Of a DNA stretch of 64,000 nucleotides, positions 24,801 to 37,225 are shown one piece after another; the first letter of the stretch is position 1, and every line of letters starts with the position of its first letter. The DNA is taken from contig NC_092675.1 of NCBI RefSeq assembly GCF_964355755.1, positions 15,224,912 to 15,288,911 on the forward strand. Reading direction: 5' to 3'. Source of the stretch: Antedon mediterranea (lineage: Eukaryota; Animalia; Echinodermata). The notes beneath the pieces are model-generated. The model had not been told where the DNA came from. It searched no databases and was given only the letters and a program-made list of their open reading frames with translations. The position numbers and the translations under genes were made by a program.

Positions 24801-24860
24801 AGAGTCGACCTGAAACTGCACTTTCACATTGTGTACCAACATATTACAATGTATGCTGTT
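21836..24860 (-). pseudogene. Gypsy pol (protease, RT, RNase H, integrase), frameshifted
   Basis: Motifs FQVDSGATVNLLP, RICIDPRSLN, CIADDIII, LHVGHNG...VFWP...CEIC and SDNG...SPYNSKANGKVESAVK. Confidence 0.9.
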
Positions 24861-25722
24861 ATCATTTATTGAATTAACTTGAACAATACAGCTGACGGAT
24901 TCAGCAGAATCAGAGTCATCTTGTGTAGTGCAATTAACATTCTTCGCACAAACTTGTGAGGATTTGAAATGGTTACGTTTGCCACATGTAGCACACTTTT
25001 TTCCCCATGCTGGACATTTTGATTTGTCCATGAGATGAATTTTACAACAAAATTTGCACTTACGTTCAACTTTCCTTTCATTATGACCAACTTTGTTGTC
25101 ATTTTTAAAAGCATGGACTTCACTACTACTGCTGAGAGAACGCATTTGAGTTGTGGCTGCTTCAATGGCTTTGCAGATCTCAATTGATTTTTGAAGGGTA
25201 AAATCATGGGTGGCCATCATTTTTTCCTGCATCTTGGGGTCACAGACACCTAGCAATATTCTGTCCATTAGCAGGAGGTCTTTCATACAGTTGCAAAACC
25301 AACAGTTTATTGTGAGAGTACGTAAAGCTGCTACATACTGAGCTATGGTTTCTCCTTGTTGTTGGTTTCGTTTATTGACGAGTTTGACCTAAAAAGTGCT
25401 GGTCAAATTTTTGCAAGATAGTATCAGAATTCTCAATCTCAGTTGAACTAAAATTCATACCGTTATATATTTTTACGCCTTCAGGCCCCAAAGCATGCAG
25501 TAACATCGCTTTTTTGTACTGTGTATCCTCATTAGAGATATGAGATAAGACGCAATTGTTAGAATACAATTGCTTCCATAGATGCCATTCGTCAGGACCA
25601 TAATCAGCTTTGATTTTGTCTGGCGGCGATACATTGATGCGTTTCCGGCCGGGTCGTTGTACGGTAGGTTGGGGGCCAACCTGAGAGTCCCCATCAGCAA
25701 CAGGTGCATCAGGCAAAGACAT
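24861..25722 (-). pseudogene. Gypsy gag, frameshifted
   Basis: Motifs LLHALGPEG and DRILLGV; zinc knuckle CPAWGKKCATCGKRNHF. Confidence 0.85.
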
Positions 25723-25797
25723 TTTATCTTAAAAATGTACACACAAATATGAGAATGCTCTAAGACAATAGTACTTTAATATACTTCGGTTCGAATA

Positions 25798-25810
25798 ACC
25801 GCTGCCACCA
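25798..25810 (-). other. Primer-binding site complementary to the 3' end of tRNA-Leu (AAG/TAG type)
   Basis: TGGTGGCAGCGGT lies immediately after the 5' LTR. The plus strand accgctgccacca equals the tRNA-Leu 3' end as I recall it. Confidence 0.75.
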
Positions 25811-25940
25811 TGTGTAATTATGTCAAAAATAAGACAAATGACATGTAACTACTGGCAAACGAGCTTCATTTGTGTCGAGTGGACGTGCGACATATGAAAG
25901 GCCAAAAGTGCCAAAAGTATAATGTTACAATAATGATACA
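25811..25940 (-). repeat. 5' LTR of the Gypsy element
   Basis: TG...CA ends; matches 20872-21000 apart from an internal indel of about 20 nt; followed by the PBS. Confidence 0.88.
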
Positions 25941-26379
25941 ATATCGAAACACGTAATTGTTTACATTCCATAATAAAACCGCGCGTCACTACCTCCTCTG
26001 ACGATCTTCTCTCAAGCGCGGAGAGGTCGACGATCTAATCGCCGTCTCCGTGTTCGCGATATACTTCCCGCGATATCGCCACATGATAAACGGAATAGTA
26101 TAGAGAGAGCCCTCTGTGTTTTTTGTGAATAAAGTTTTGTTGTCTTCAAACGTTGGTCTACTACTCCATGTTAATCACACACAACGTTCGTTATTCAGCC
26201 ACCGTTTAAGATAACTTCACTAAACTAGGCCCGAGGGCCTGAATGATAAACGATCCGTCGGGTTGCAGAAAAATAATCATTCAAATAGTCATTTTATTTT
26301 AAAAAGACATGGCTGATAAATTTTAGGGGGCGCTAAAGCCTGTTTATCCCCCGCCTAAATCCACGCCTGGAAACAACTA

Positions 26380-28260
26380 ACTGAATATCGTGATGTTCGT
26401 GCAAATTTTGCCCATCTCTCCTCCTCGTAGAAGGAAATTATTGATAGGAATGCTGTATTAGAGGAACAAGTCAAGTCATTGCACTACAGGTACAAGTAAG
26501 TGCAAAATCAAATACTCAAACATCTATTGAATTGAATAACCCTTGCCTCAGTATCACTAGTGAAAGTCTTTGAAGAAAATTCGCAGAACATTACTTATAA
26601 TGTAACACCAAAGCATACAAAGAAAGCCAAGCAAATTCCAGCTAAACAAATTCCAGCTAAGCAACAAAGAAATCTAATAATAGGTGACTCTATGCTGAAG
26701 CATATTAAGACGAATGGCCTATGTGAAACATCTATGAGAACATTAAGAGGAGCAACTGTGGAACAAGTTAACTATACATTAAGTGAGATCGATCTGACCA
26801 ATGTAGAAAATTTTGTCATTCATGCTGGAACAAATGACTGTTGCGATATCAACTTTGACTTGGATAGGATAAAGAACACTGATATGATATCAAGGCTTAA
26901 AACGAGGGTAACAGGCACGGTTTTCATCTCAGCCATTTGCCCAAGACTTGACGATCTTTCATTAAACAGACGCGTATTTGACGCAAGTATTCTTTCGGTA
27001 ATATTGATAATGATCACAGCTGAGCTTTCACTAGACGATATGGAGTGGATTCATCAAAGTTTACAAGTCGTGGTTTACATCTTAACTTGAAAGGTACATT
27101 GGTTAAGTGTATTAATAATGTACTGTCAATAATATCACCAAAGAAAAATAGAAGAACTGGAAGCACGCACACTAGAGATAATCGAAGCTTGCCTTTAGCA
27201 AATTGTCATTTCTATGGCGAGAGTGGGCATGTACAATGAGTTTGCAGACATGAAAAAGCGGTTGTGTGTTTGTAAATAAGTAGGACATAAAGCAAAATTT
27301 TGCCAAGTTGAACACTGAAAAAATGGCAAAGTAGATGAAGCCGTAATAAATGTAGCTAAGATGAAGAGTGCTGATGACACTGACAGTGATTCTAGTTTTA
27401 ATAATAGTAATGATAGCAATAATATAGTAAATTCAGGTAACACAAGATCAAGTAAAATGTTAAGTTTATTTTATTGTAATATAAGAAGTGTGAAGAACAA
27501 ATTATTAGATTTCAATGCTAGATTTTCTTCTTTATCTCATGACGTCATTGCTATCAAAGATATGGCTCGATAGCACAGTATATAAATAATAGTCAGCTTT
27601 TAAACAATGATATATACCATTTTTAGAAAGGATAGAAATTCTCATGGAGGGGAGGTTTTTTGCTTGTAAAACATGTTTAAATCCATCTTTATGCACAGAT
27701 CTCAATGTTGATACACTTGAACTGATTTGGATAGAATTTCATAGTATTAAATATAGATAAAATTGTATTAGGAGTGTTTTATAGGCCGCCTTCTTCAAAT
27801 GTTCAATATTTAAATTCCTTTATTGATAATCTAGATAAAGTTCAAGCAAAAGTTGTTGATTACATAGGCGACATTCATGTTGATTGGAATTGTTTGAATG
27901 TGAACAATGGTTTATTCGCCCAGGCAGGAAGCTTGGTAGAAGAAACAATGGCAACTGGACTAGTGCAAATAATGGATCTGCCTTCTTACAGTATGTAACA
28001 TGAAATGGGGATGGGCACTTTTTGGACTTGGCTTTTGTTAGTAATCCACTTTTAATTGATAAATGTCACATTATTAACATTATGTATATGCACTAAAAAA
28101 TGCAGATTTTGAAAAGATGAAAAGCATATTAATTAATTTTAATTGGGAAAATTGTTTTATATTTTAAAATATTAATAATATTTGGAATAGTATAATGAAC
28201 AATATAAACAAGGCTATTTCTGAATCTGTGCCTATTAAGAAAAGAATAAAAGGTATAAAA
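26380..28260 (+). mobile_element. Highly decayed 5' part of a CR1/L2-group LINE (esterase-type ORF1, zinc knuckles, APE)
   Basis: SGNH motifs LIIGDSMLK and IHAGTNDC (26560-27090); knuckle remnant CHFYGESGH; APE motifs YCNIRSVKNK, FYRPPSS and IGD. No RT seen. Confidence 0.75.
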
Positions 28261-29254
28261 AACGATCTAGAAGGATAGGAACATCTTGTATGTAGGGATT
28301 TAAAACTATTGTAAGCTGGTTGTTGGATATTTGATTGTAAAAGTTATTGTGCTTACTGGATTGTTGAAAGCTGAAGTTGATTGAAATTAAAGCATTGTTT
28401 TTTGAGTTATTTTACAACTTTGTGGATTTTTTGTGTATACTTTTATGTCACAAGGGAGTTCCTAAAGTATTTTCAACCGCTCGGAAACATACGTAAAGGA
28501 AGTTCCTGACACCATAAAAAATAATGCTCCCCCAGTCATTGGTTTGATTTTCAAACATTATGTCTTTCAAATTGTTAAAATACCGTATCTGCATTTCTTC
28601 CGTATTTGGAGCGTAAATATTTTAATTATCATGAATTTACAATAATTTTTTAATATTTCGGTAATCAGGACTCTCCCGTTTTCATCTCTATAAATATTTT
28701 TAATGTATTAAAATCATCCTCATTTCGAATGACAATGGCTACACTTCTACTCTTTGTTTCACCATGCGAGAATATAATTTTCCCACCCACTCATGCTGCA
28801 TGCTGCGAAGTATTTTCGGACTCTTCCGGGAGCTGAGTCTCTTAAAGTAGTATTACTGTAAATCAGCTTTTGTGTTTCTACACCAATTAAAAGTACTTTT
28901 CTTTCTTCTGCCTAATCCACAAACATTTAATGTTATAATATTCAAGCTATCTAATATCATAACTAATTTACGTATTTATGTACTTAATAAAAATTAAACA
29001 TTGTATTGTACTTGTAAAAAAATAAATAAAAGCAGCGTTCTTTTACCCTGAGAGTTATTCCATAATGGAATAGATAAGTCATTATTACTTTGGGAGCGGG
29101 TGCATTTATTATGGTTATCTACAGTAAATTGAAATAATATTGTTAAGTATCTTGGAGCTATTTCTTTTAAACATTTAAATAGCATTATAAGAATATTTTC
29201 ATTCCATTTTTCTGTAAGTCTACTCCATCCAAGAGTACTTAAGATATTGTAATG

Positions 29255-30170
29255 ATGCTGTTGGAGGTTACACCATTGTGTTGGTGTACGTTGCTGTGGA
29301 GGTTACACCATTGTTGGTGGTTACGTTGCTGTTGGAGGTTACACCATTGTTGGTGGTTACGTGCTGTTGGAGGTTACACCATTATTGGAGGTTACGTTGC
29401 TGTTGGTGGTTACGTTGCTGTGGAGGTTACACCATTGTTGGTGGTTACGTGCTGTTGGAGGTTACACCATTGTTGGTGGTTACGTTGCTGTGGAGGTTAC
29501 GCCATTGTTGGTGGTTACGTTACTGTGGAGGTTACGCCATTGTTGGTGGTTACGTTGCTGTGGAGGTTACACCATTGTTGGTGGCTACGTTGCTGTTAGA
29601 GGTTACACCATTGTGTTGGTGTACATGCTGTTGGAGGTTACACCATTGTTGGTGGTTACGTTGCTGTGGAGGTTACACCATTGTTAGTGGTTACTACGTT
29701 GCTGTGGAGGTTACACCATTGTTGGTGGTTACGTTGCTGTGGAGGTTACACCATTGTTGGTGGTTACGTGCTGTTGGAGGTTACACCATTATTGGAAGTT
29801 ACGTTGCTGTTGGAGGTTACACCATTGTTGGTAGTTACGTTGCTGTGGAGGTTACACCCTTGTTGGTGGTTACGTTGCTGTTGGAGGTTACGCCATTATT
29901 GGAGGTTACGTTGCTGTTGGAGGTTACACCATTGTTGGTGGTTACGTTGCTGTGGAGGTTACACCATTGTTGGTGGTTACGTGCTGTTGGAGGTTACACC
30001 ATTATTGGAGGTTACGTGCTGTTGGAGGTTACACCATTGCTGGTGGTTACGTGCTGTTGGAGGTTACACCATTGTGTTGGTGGTTACTTGCATGTTGGAG
30101 GTTACGCCGTTGTTGGTGGTTACGCTACTATTGGAGGTTACGTCATTACTGGTGGTTACGCTGTTGTTTC
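29255..30170 (+). repeat. G/T-rich minisatellite (about 18-bp subunits, about 36-39-bp unit)
   Basis: gctgtggaggttacaccattgttggtggttacgtt repeated with variants. Confidence 0.93.
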
Positions 30171-30255
30171 AAGTCCGGCGTAATAGCAGAACTAATCTAA
30201 TTAGGTGATCATTTAGAATAAAATGATCACCTATTGTTATTGTATAAAATCTTTA

Positions 30256-33200
30256 TTAGTTATCCGCTTAGTAGCGGATAACTCCTTGTAATCGTCCTGG
30301 ATCTTTTTTTTTTTTCTTTATTAGTTATCCGCTTAGTAGCGGATAACTCCTTGTAATCGTCCTGGATCTTTTTTTTTTTTTTCTTTATTAGTTATCCGCT
30401 TAGTAGCGGATAACTCCTTGTAACTGTATGAAATCATCTTTTTTTTTTATTTTTGGTTATCCGCAACTTGTAAAGTTGCGGATAACCCTTGTGATTGTAA
30501 ATATCTTTTTCTTCATCTTCATCTTCTTTGTTATTCTTCTTTCTTTCCCAGATTTTTGTGTGTCGCATATCCCCTATTGCTTGTGAACGTAACTTTGTAT
30601 AACTTTGTCAAAAGATTGATCTGTAGCTGTAGATGTGCAAGAAACTTCGTTATATGACGTTAGAGTCGCGCAGCGTAAGTTACGCGCGATTTTATGAATT
30701 TCAATGATTGGTCATAGATTAAAAACCAAAAGTCATTTTTTATTGATACGTGGTGAAAATTTAAGTCATATCAAGGGCAAACTTTCTATGGATTAAAAAT
30801 GGCATGTTTCACAAGAAGTTACGCGCGCACGCGCATTTAAAATTTCAAAATGCGCAAAATTAATTTCTAATCAACTTTCTACGCTGATCATGACATTTTA
30901 AGCATGTCAAAAATTCCCACGCGCGCGAAAAAAAATATGCGTAAAGTGCGCACGGAGCATGAAAATCATGTGTTTTTCTCTTGAATTATAATTTTACAGT
31001 CTTTCCTAGTTATTTTAAAAAAGATTGACATCATTTCAAATTAAAATGACGTCATACGAACACGTTGATTTAGACCATTTGCGTGCGTTTTAGATGCGAA
31101 AGTTACAAAATATTGTCAAAATTATGCCTATTTTTAATCTATTATAGCTCCTCAGGATCATCCACGACCCCCAATTTTTTGAATTTAATATGTAAGCAGA
31201 TATGTTGTAGATATGAATTCATGCCGAACCTTTACCGCTCGAATGTTATGACGTCATCATATGGCCACACGAATGTAAAATATAGGATTTTTTACTCTTT
31301 CGTTATTGCTCATCACATTCAACAAAACGCATCTCGCTTATACGTATTCCATTTCCCCCGAAATTGTAATATTGTCTACGTCAATCAACTATCTTTCGCA
31401 TGAATTAAAAATATTTTAATTTTTATGACGTCATCATGTCTAAAAACGTAAATAACTTGGGTCACTTATTTTCATCTTTACAGTAAATATCAATCTGTTA
31501 TAGCTCGTCAGATTAAAATGTGATAATCATGATTAAAATGTTTTCTGGAAGCTATTGGATTGTAGATATGAATTGATGTGAATATTTTGCCAATCAGATG
31601 TTGTGACGTCATCATATGGCCAGTTGAATTAAAAAAGTCATATTTTCATCTCTTGCGTCAAAGTTCATTGCGTTTAAACGAGAGCGCATCTCACTTTTAC
31701 GTTCCCAAAATTCTTCAAATTTGTTTCAATGTAATTATTTAGATAATTATCTTCTAAAGTGGTTATCTTTATATGTCAATTTGATGATGTCATCGTGTTA
31801 ATAATTGGATTTAAAAGATGGGTCTCGTAATTCCGTCTATGCTACACTGTATATAACATATATAATACAGTTTATTCTGTAAAATACTGTAATATGGTGT
31901 ATGCTACATAATAGGTACAATTCAGCACTGTAAACATTTTTATTTCATGTCAAAGGATGGCATAATAATTGTCGAGGTTCATATAGTTTAAAGTACGTGC
32001 ATGTTGCGTATGCGCGGATAACCCGAACTCGTCAAAGTGACGAGTTCAAATCTAGTTTTTTCTGTATTATTCTTTCTTTCTGTCAATTTTGTGTCTCGCG
32101 TATCTCAAAAACTTGTAAACAAACATTTTATAACTTTGTCAACATGTGGGCATTCACGTGAAATTGTGCACCTCCTATTGTGAATGACGTCAGAATTGCG
32201 CAACGTGATTTACGCGCGTTTTAACGAATTTCGCGTATTTAACATAGATCGAAAAACCATATAGCAATTTAAATTGAAACTTAACAAAAGTTTAATTTAT
32301 ATCTTGCGCTAACTGACTGTGGAAAAAAAATGGCATGTTTCACAAGAAGTTACGCGCGCACGGGCGTTTAAAATTTCAAAATGCGAAAAATCAATTTCTA
32401 ATCAACTTTCTACGCGTTTCATGTCATTTTGAGCATGTCAAAAATTCCCACGCGCGCGCATATTTTTACTCGCACGGTGCGCACGTAGCATTGAAAATAC
32501 ATTTTTTTCGCGTGATTCATGTTTTTCCAGCCTTTTCTGGTAATTTTACCAACTTTTGAACAATTTTGACCTAAAATTACGTCATACGGGCACATCCAAT
32601 TGGATAATTTACGTGCGTTTTTGATGAAAAAGTTCAAAAATTTGTCAAAATTCGTCAAAATTATGCCTTTTTTTAAACATTCATAGATTCTAAACTACGA
32701 GGTGAACTTTTTTTAAATTATATATTCTGGAAGTTGATGAGTTGTAGATATGGAATCATGCATTAATATGGCTAATCGGACATTATAACGTCATCGTATG
32801 GCCACGCGAATATAAAATATAGGATTTTTATATCTTTTGTCATAGCGCATCACATTTAATAGAGCGCATCTCCACTTATCCGTTTTTTATTTTCACCCCG
32901 ATTTTGATATTGTCTAGGTGAATGAACTATCTTTCGCATGAGTTAAAAATATTTTAATTTTTATGACGTCATCATGTCGAAAATTGTAAATAACGTGGGT
33001 CACTTATTTTCATCTTTACAGTAAATTTCAATCTGTTATAGCTCATCAGAATAAAAAGTGATAATCATGATTTAAACGTTTTCTGGAAGCTATGGGATTG
33101 TAGATACGAATTCATGTAAACATTTTGCCAATCGGATGTTGTGACGTCATCATATGGCCAGTTGAATAAAAAAAGTTGTATTTTCATATTTTGCGTAATA

Positions 33201-33598
33201 GTTCATCACATTTAAAAGGGTGCGCATCTATATTTTACGTATTCAAATTTCTTCTACACGTTAATATGTTGTTCCTAAGATAATTTCCTTCTGAAATTGC
33301 TATCTAAGTGTTTCATTTTGATACCGTCGCCATGTTAAAAATTGGAATAAATGGCGGGTCCCGTAATTTCACCTTTTCTACACTGTATGTAATATGTATG
33401 CAGATTATACTGTAGTGTTTGCATGTATACTATATGACACAAAATTGACAGAATTCATCACTAACAGCATATCATATTCTTCAGTTCTTGTCATAATGCC
33501 ATAATCTTTATCTGTGTGCAATATTCCAACGTATGACGTGCACGTGGCGTTTGTCGAGCGGATAACTAACTCGTCAAAGTGACGAGTTTCATGTCTAG
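30256..33598 (+). mobile_element. Helentron-type element H2, nested in H1, with a triplicated 5' end
   Basis: 5' hairpin agttatccgct...agcggataact in three copies; 3' IR agcggataact, hairpin aactcgtca-aag-tgacgagtt and CTAG (33595-33598). Confidence 0.8.
30453..32055 (+). mobile_element. Helentron-type element H3, nested in H2
   Basis: 5' hairpin ggttatccgcaact...agttgcggataacc; 3' IR gcggataacc, hairpin gaactcgtca-aag-tgacgagttc and CTAG (32052-32055). Confidence 0.8.
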
Positions 33599-35150
33599 TT
33601 ATTCTTCTTTCTGTACACTTTTTGTTCGTCAAATATCTCAAAAAGTTGAATAGCAATGATCACAAAAATTTTACAACGTCTTTCAAATACTTTAACTTAG
33701 CCATAATAAGCTTTTCAGCGTGATCACTCATCCGTGACGTCACGTATACGCCATTTTGTGAAATCACATTATCAATCATATATCCATAATTTATTATCAC
33801 ATATTTATGAAATTCACTACACGTAAACTTCAGGTCAAGGGTAAAAATATTAGCAAATAAAAACACACGCGCACGTAGGCTCATGCGCGTGAAATCGCGC
33901 GTTGAAATTTTAAAAAGGTCAAAATTACGTTTTGATCAATTTAGAGCATGAATTAGGCCATTTGCGTGTTTCAAAAAATTACTGCGCAAAAACACATTTT
34001 TGCGCACGCGATTCTTAAAATGCGTAAAAAATAAAATTTAATGTATACATCACATTCTACTCACAATCCTTTGTACATTCTCCGATTTTGAGTCCAATCC
34101 GACTTAAAATAACGCTGTACGAGCACGTTAAACATGACAAAATGCGCTCATTAATTGTACAAAAGTGCTAAAAATGGTAAAAAATAAGGATTTTTTAAAA
34201 TGAATATAACTCTTCAGAATGGCAGGTGACCCCCAATTTTTTTAACTTATTATGGAAGCCAATAAGTTGTAGATACAAATGTATATACACATTAGACGTA
34301 CAAAAATGGTATTACGTCATCAAATGGCCACTTCAATTTAAAAATTAGGATTTTTTTCCGTTTTGTGTAGTTTGTCACATTCAATAGAGCGCATCTCCGC
34401 TATTTGAGCCCGATTTTCGCACAACTTTTAGTATGTGCTTGCTCAGTTACTTATCTTTCTCATGAGTTGTCAACATTTTCATTTTGATGTCGTCATCACG
34501 CGTAAAAACTTGAATAACGTAGGTCGTGTAATTTCACCTTCGCCGTAAATTTGAATATCCTACAGCTCTTCAGAATTGAAGGTTACCTTGATGATTATAA
34601 TTTATTATGGAAGCTGATGAAATGTAGATATGAATTCATATAAAAACCAAGCCTATCGGATGTTGTGACGTTAACATATGGCCAGTTGAAGTTAAAAAGT
34701 AGTATTTTCATCTTTTTCGTCAAAGTTATACAAATTTCAAAGAGCGCGCACGGCGCTTCTACGTGCCAGATTCTCTTCCAATTCTTATATTTACTTTCTC
34801 AATTCATTATCTTTCGAAATTGTCATCTTTGAGTTTATTTTGATAATTCCATCATACCAAAAAATTAGAACATGATGTGTGTCCCGTAATTTCATATAAT
34901 TAATAGGCACAACTCAGCGATATAAGTGTATGCATCATGTCATAGGATGGCGTACATCAACTTTTTACGATCGTATGTTAACGTACGTGCATGTTTAAAA
35001 AATGTTAATTTCATTAAAATGATAACAATGATCACCTATAATTCGTCAAAGTGACGAATTAAATTCTAGTTAATTATTATAATCGGTTGTTACCAATAAT
35101 TTGGAATCAAAGAAGAATAAAGGAGGTCACTCCAGTCACATTCAATTCAC

Positions 35151-37225
35151 CAGGGAAAAAAAGTAGTGAGCCCTCTATCGGCAGCGAATCGTTTTTGCAC
35201 ACGAGACAGTGTGAACAATTACCCGGAAGCAACTTTGTTTTAAAAAATAAATATTAAGTTTTTGCAAACTGGCCAATTGGAACTTTTGGTTTTATTTACT
35301 AATGAATAATTCATGAAAACCTTTAACACAGCATCTACGAACCACGTGATATTGTTTTTTTATCGACAAAGCCATTATATCTGTGTCAAACAAGGGTGAA
35401 TTACACCGATGTTTTTTAAACAATTTTAGGGTATTCGAATGTTAAAATTTCGTCTAATTTGTTGAGGCTGTAATAAAACAACCTAATTTTTTTAGAAGGT
35501 GGGTTTTATATTTTCTGGATATTTAATTTTTCAATAGTAGATAATAAAAAAATCTCGTTGGTGTTATTTTTTATTTTTTTTTTAATGGCTGCTTAAACAT
35601 GTGCCTTTTTGGTTATTTTACTGCTGAAAATGGAACACATGGTTGTAGCTAAAATCATTTTTTTACACCATAGGATTAAAAATGTTGCTTTTTAAAATAA
35701 TAAGAACGTTATATAATATATAGGAAAGATGTTTTTAATCATAAAACTTTACAAAGCCTCTTTTATTTTATTTAAAAATCAATATAGTCTAGGCCTAGTT
35801 TACTAGGCTTTAGCCTGTTATTATAGTGGAGTAGTGCGTGTATTGTTGGCGCGTGTTCATTGGCGGGCGCGCGTATTTATAGGCCTAGGCCTAAGGAAAT
35901 AAAAATAAATGATTACAAATATAACTAAATAATGATTATTATTAATTTAATGTTGTTTTTTTTTTTACAGATCACAGAGAGATGTTCTTATGGTGTCTGC
36001 ATACTTCAATACAATAGAAATAGCATTAATCAACAACAATTTCTCATTAATTTACCGGCATATGTGAAACAACACATACAGTAATTTTATGGATATCTAC
36101 AGATTTTTTATTGCCAAAGGACATTTAATTTTTTTAAACTTGATATTTTCCTAATTTACTTATATAAAGGTTCAAGCGGAGGTTTGTTGTTGTGCGGTAA
36201 TTGTTATAAAGTTTAAATGTGATTTCCAAATCTGCAATAAATAATCATTATAAATATAAATCGAAAAAGGCCTAGGCCTAGTACAAAAGATGTTAATTTG
36301 ATGTACAAAACTTGTTGTCTAATTTGTGATAATATTAAAGGTTTTATGTTAAATGGTGTGTATTTCATTTATTGCTCCATTATTATAATAAAAAGAAGGG
36401 AATCGTGAAATGTCATTAATTATTTAGCCCCAAGAATGTATTGATTTTATAGTATTTTACCAATTTAAACAGTCCAGGCCTAGCTTGCAGACCCCCCCCA
36501 CCCACTTCTTAATAATTTTAAGAAAAATGAAAGTTCAACACTTTATTTCAAAATTTATAAGCCCTTTGTCCTCATATTTTAAGATTATGAATCAGCCACT
36601 TAACAAGAATAACAATCGAGGGGCCAATGATGAAGCGCATCTTCCCTCATTCTCTTCGCCTAAGAAAACGATTATTCCAGCCCTGCCGCGTCTCCCTAGG
36701 CCTACGCGCAACGTGCTTTCGCTTAAAACAGACCTATATTCAACTCCTTATAGAATTTGTTTGAAAAATAACACCAAGCTTATTTTTGGAAATCATAGAA
36801 AATACATATAAGACTATATTATACCGTTTTCAGAATTTCATTTAAAAATTCCAAATTAATGTTAACTATTTTAACAAACTAGTTAGTTTTCACTTTCTTG
36901 TTTTCGTCGTATGACTCGCTTTGTTTACGCTTACACTTGGCTTAGACGTTTATCTTAGAATTCGAATAAATGAATCCATAATCAACAAAAATTGGTACTG
37001 TTGTGGTTTTTGTTTAATATAAATGTTCCTAATACACAGAAATCAATTAAACAGCAATATAATTTAATATAAACGAGTTAAAAAGGAAATTTAGACAGCC
37101 TATAAAATACGGAAGTCAGAACTCGCGTCGCTCGTAATGTTCGGTAACTTTCTATTTAAAGCCTATCGAAAAAGGCTCTGGCTAACTTTTAAATTAAAAA
37201 GGCTCTCGGAACACTTAATTTCCCA
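35151..37225. mobile_element. Possible old non-autonomous TIR element inside the solo LTR
   Basis: Weak TIRs cagggaaaaaaagt...gagcc / ggctc...acttaatttccc; no convincing TSD. Confidence 0.3.

Larger units (their letters stand above)
20872..25940 (-). mobile_element. Full-length but decayed Ty3/Gypsy LTR retrotransposon (Mag/SURL-like, K02A2.6-type)
   Basis: Two LTRs of about 130 bp; 5-bp TSD ATATC (20867-20871 and 25941-25945); PBS and PPT (agaaagga) present; domain order gag-PR-RT-RH-IN. Confidence 0.93.
30201..35069 (+). mobile_element. Helentron-type element H1 (outer)
   Basis: 5' hairpin taggtgatcattt...aaatgatcaccta; 3' IR atgatcaccta, hairpin aattcgtca-aag-tgacgaatt and CTAG (35066-35069). 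Confidence 0.8.

Noticed and set aside
29252-30208. Overlapping ORFs of up to 301 aa (CCWRLHH / EVTPLLVV / GGYTIV repeats)
   Set aside because: They are translations of a stop-poor minisatellite that is open in several frames and lies inside an LTR-like element.
30540-35069. Simple tandem triplication of a 1.5-kb unit
   Set aside because: The 5' ends are stacked and the 3' ends close in reverse order with matching IRs, which indicates nesting.
35971-36180. Strong acceptor (poly-T-acag) as an additional MAN2B1 exon
   Set aside because: It lies inside a nested TE and shows no GH38 similarity, and exons 1 and 2 already join in frame.
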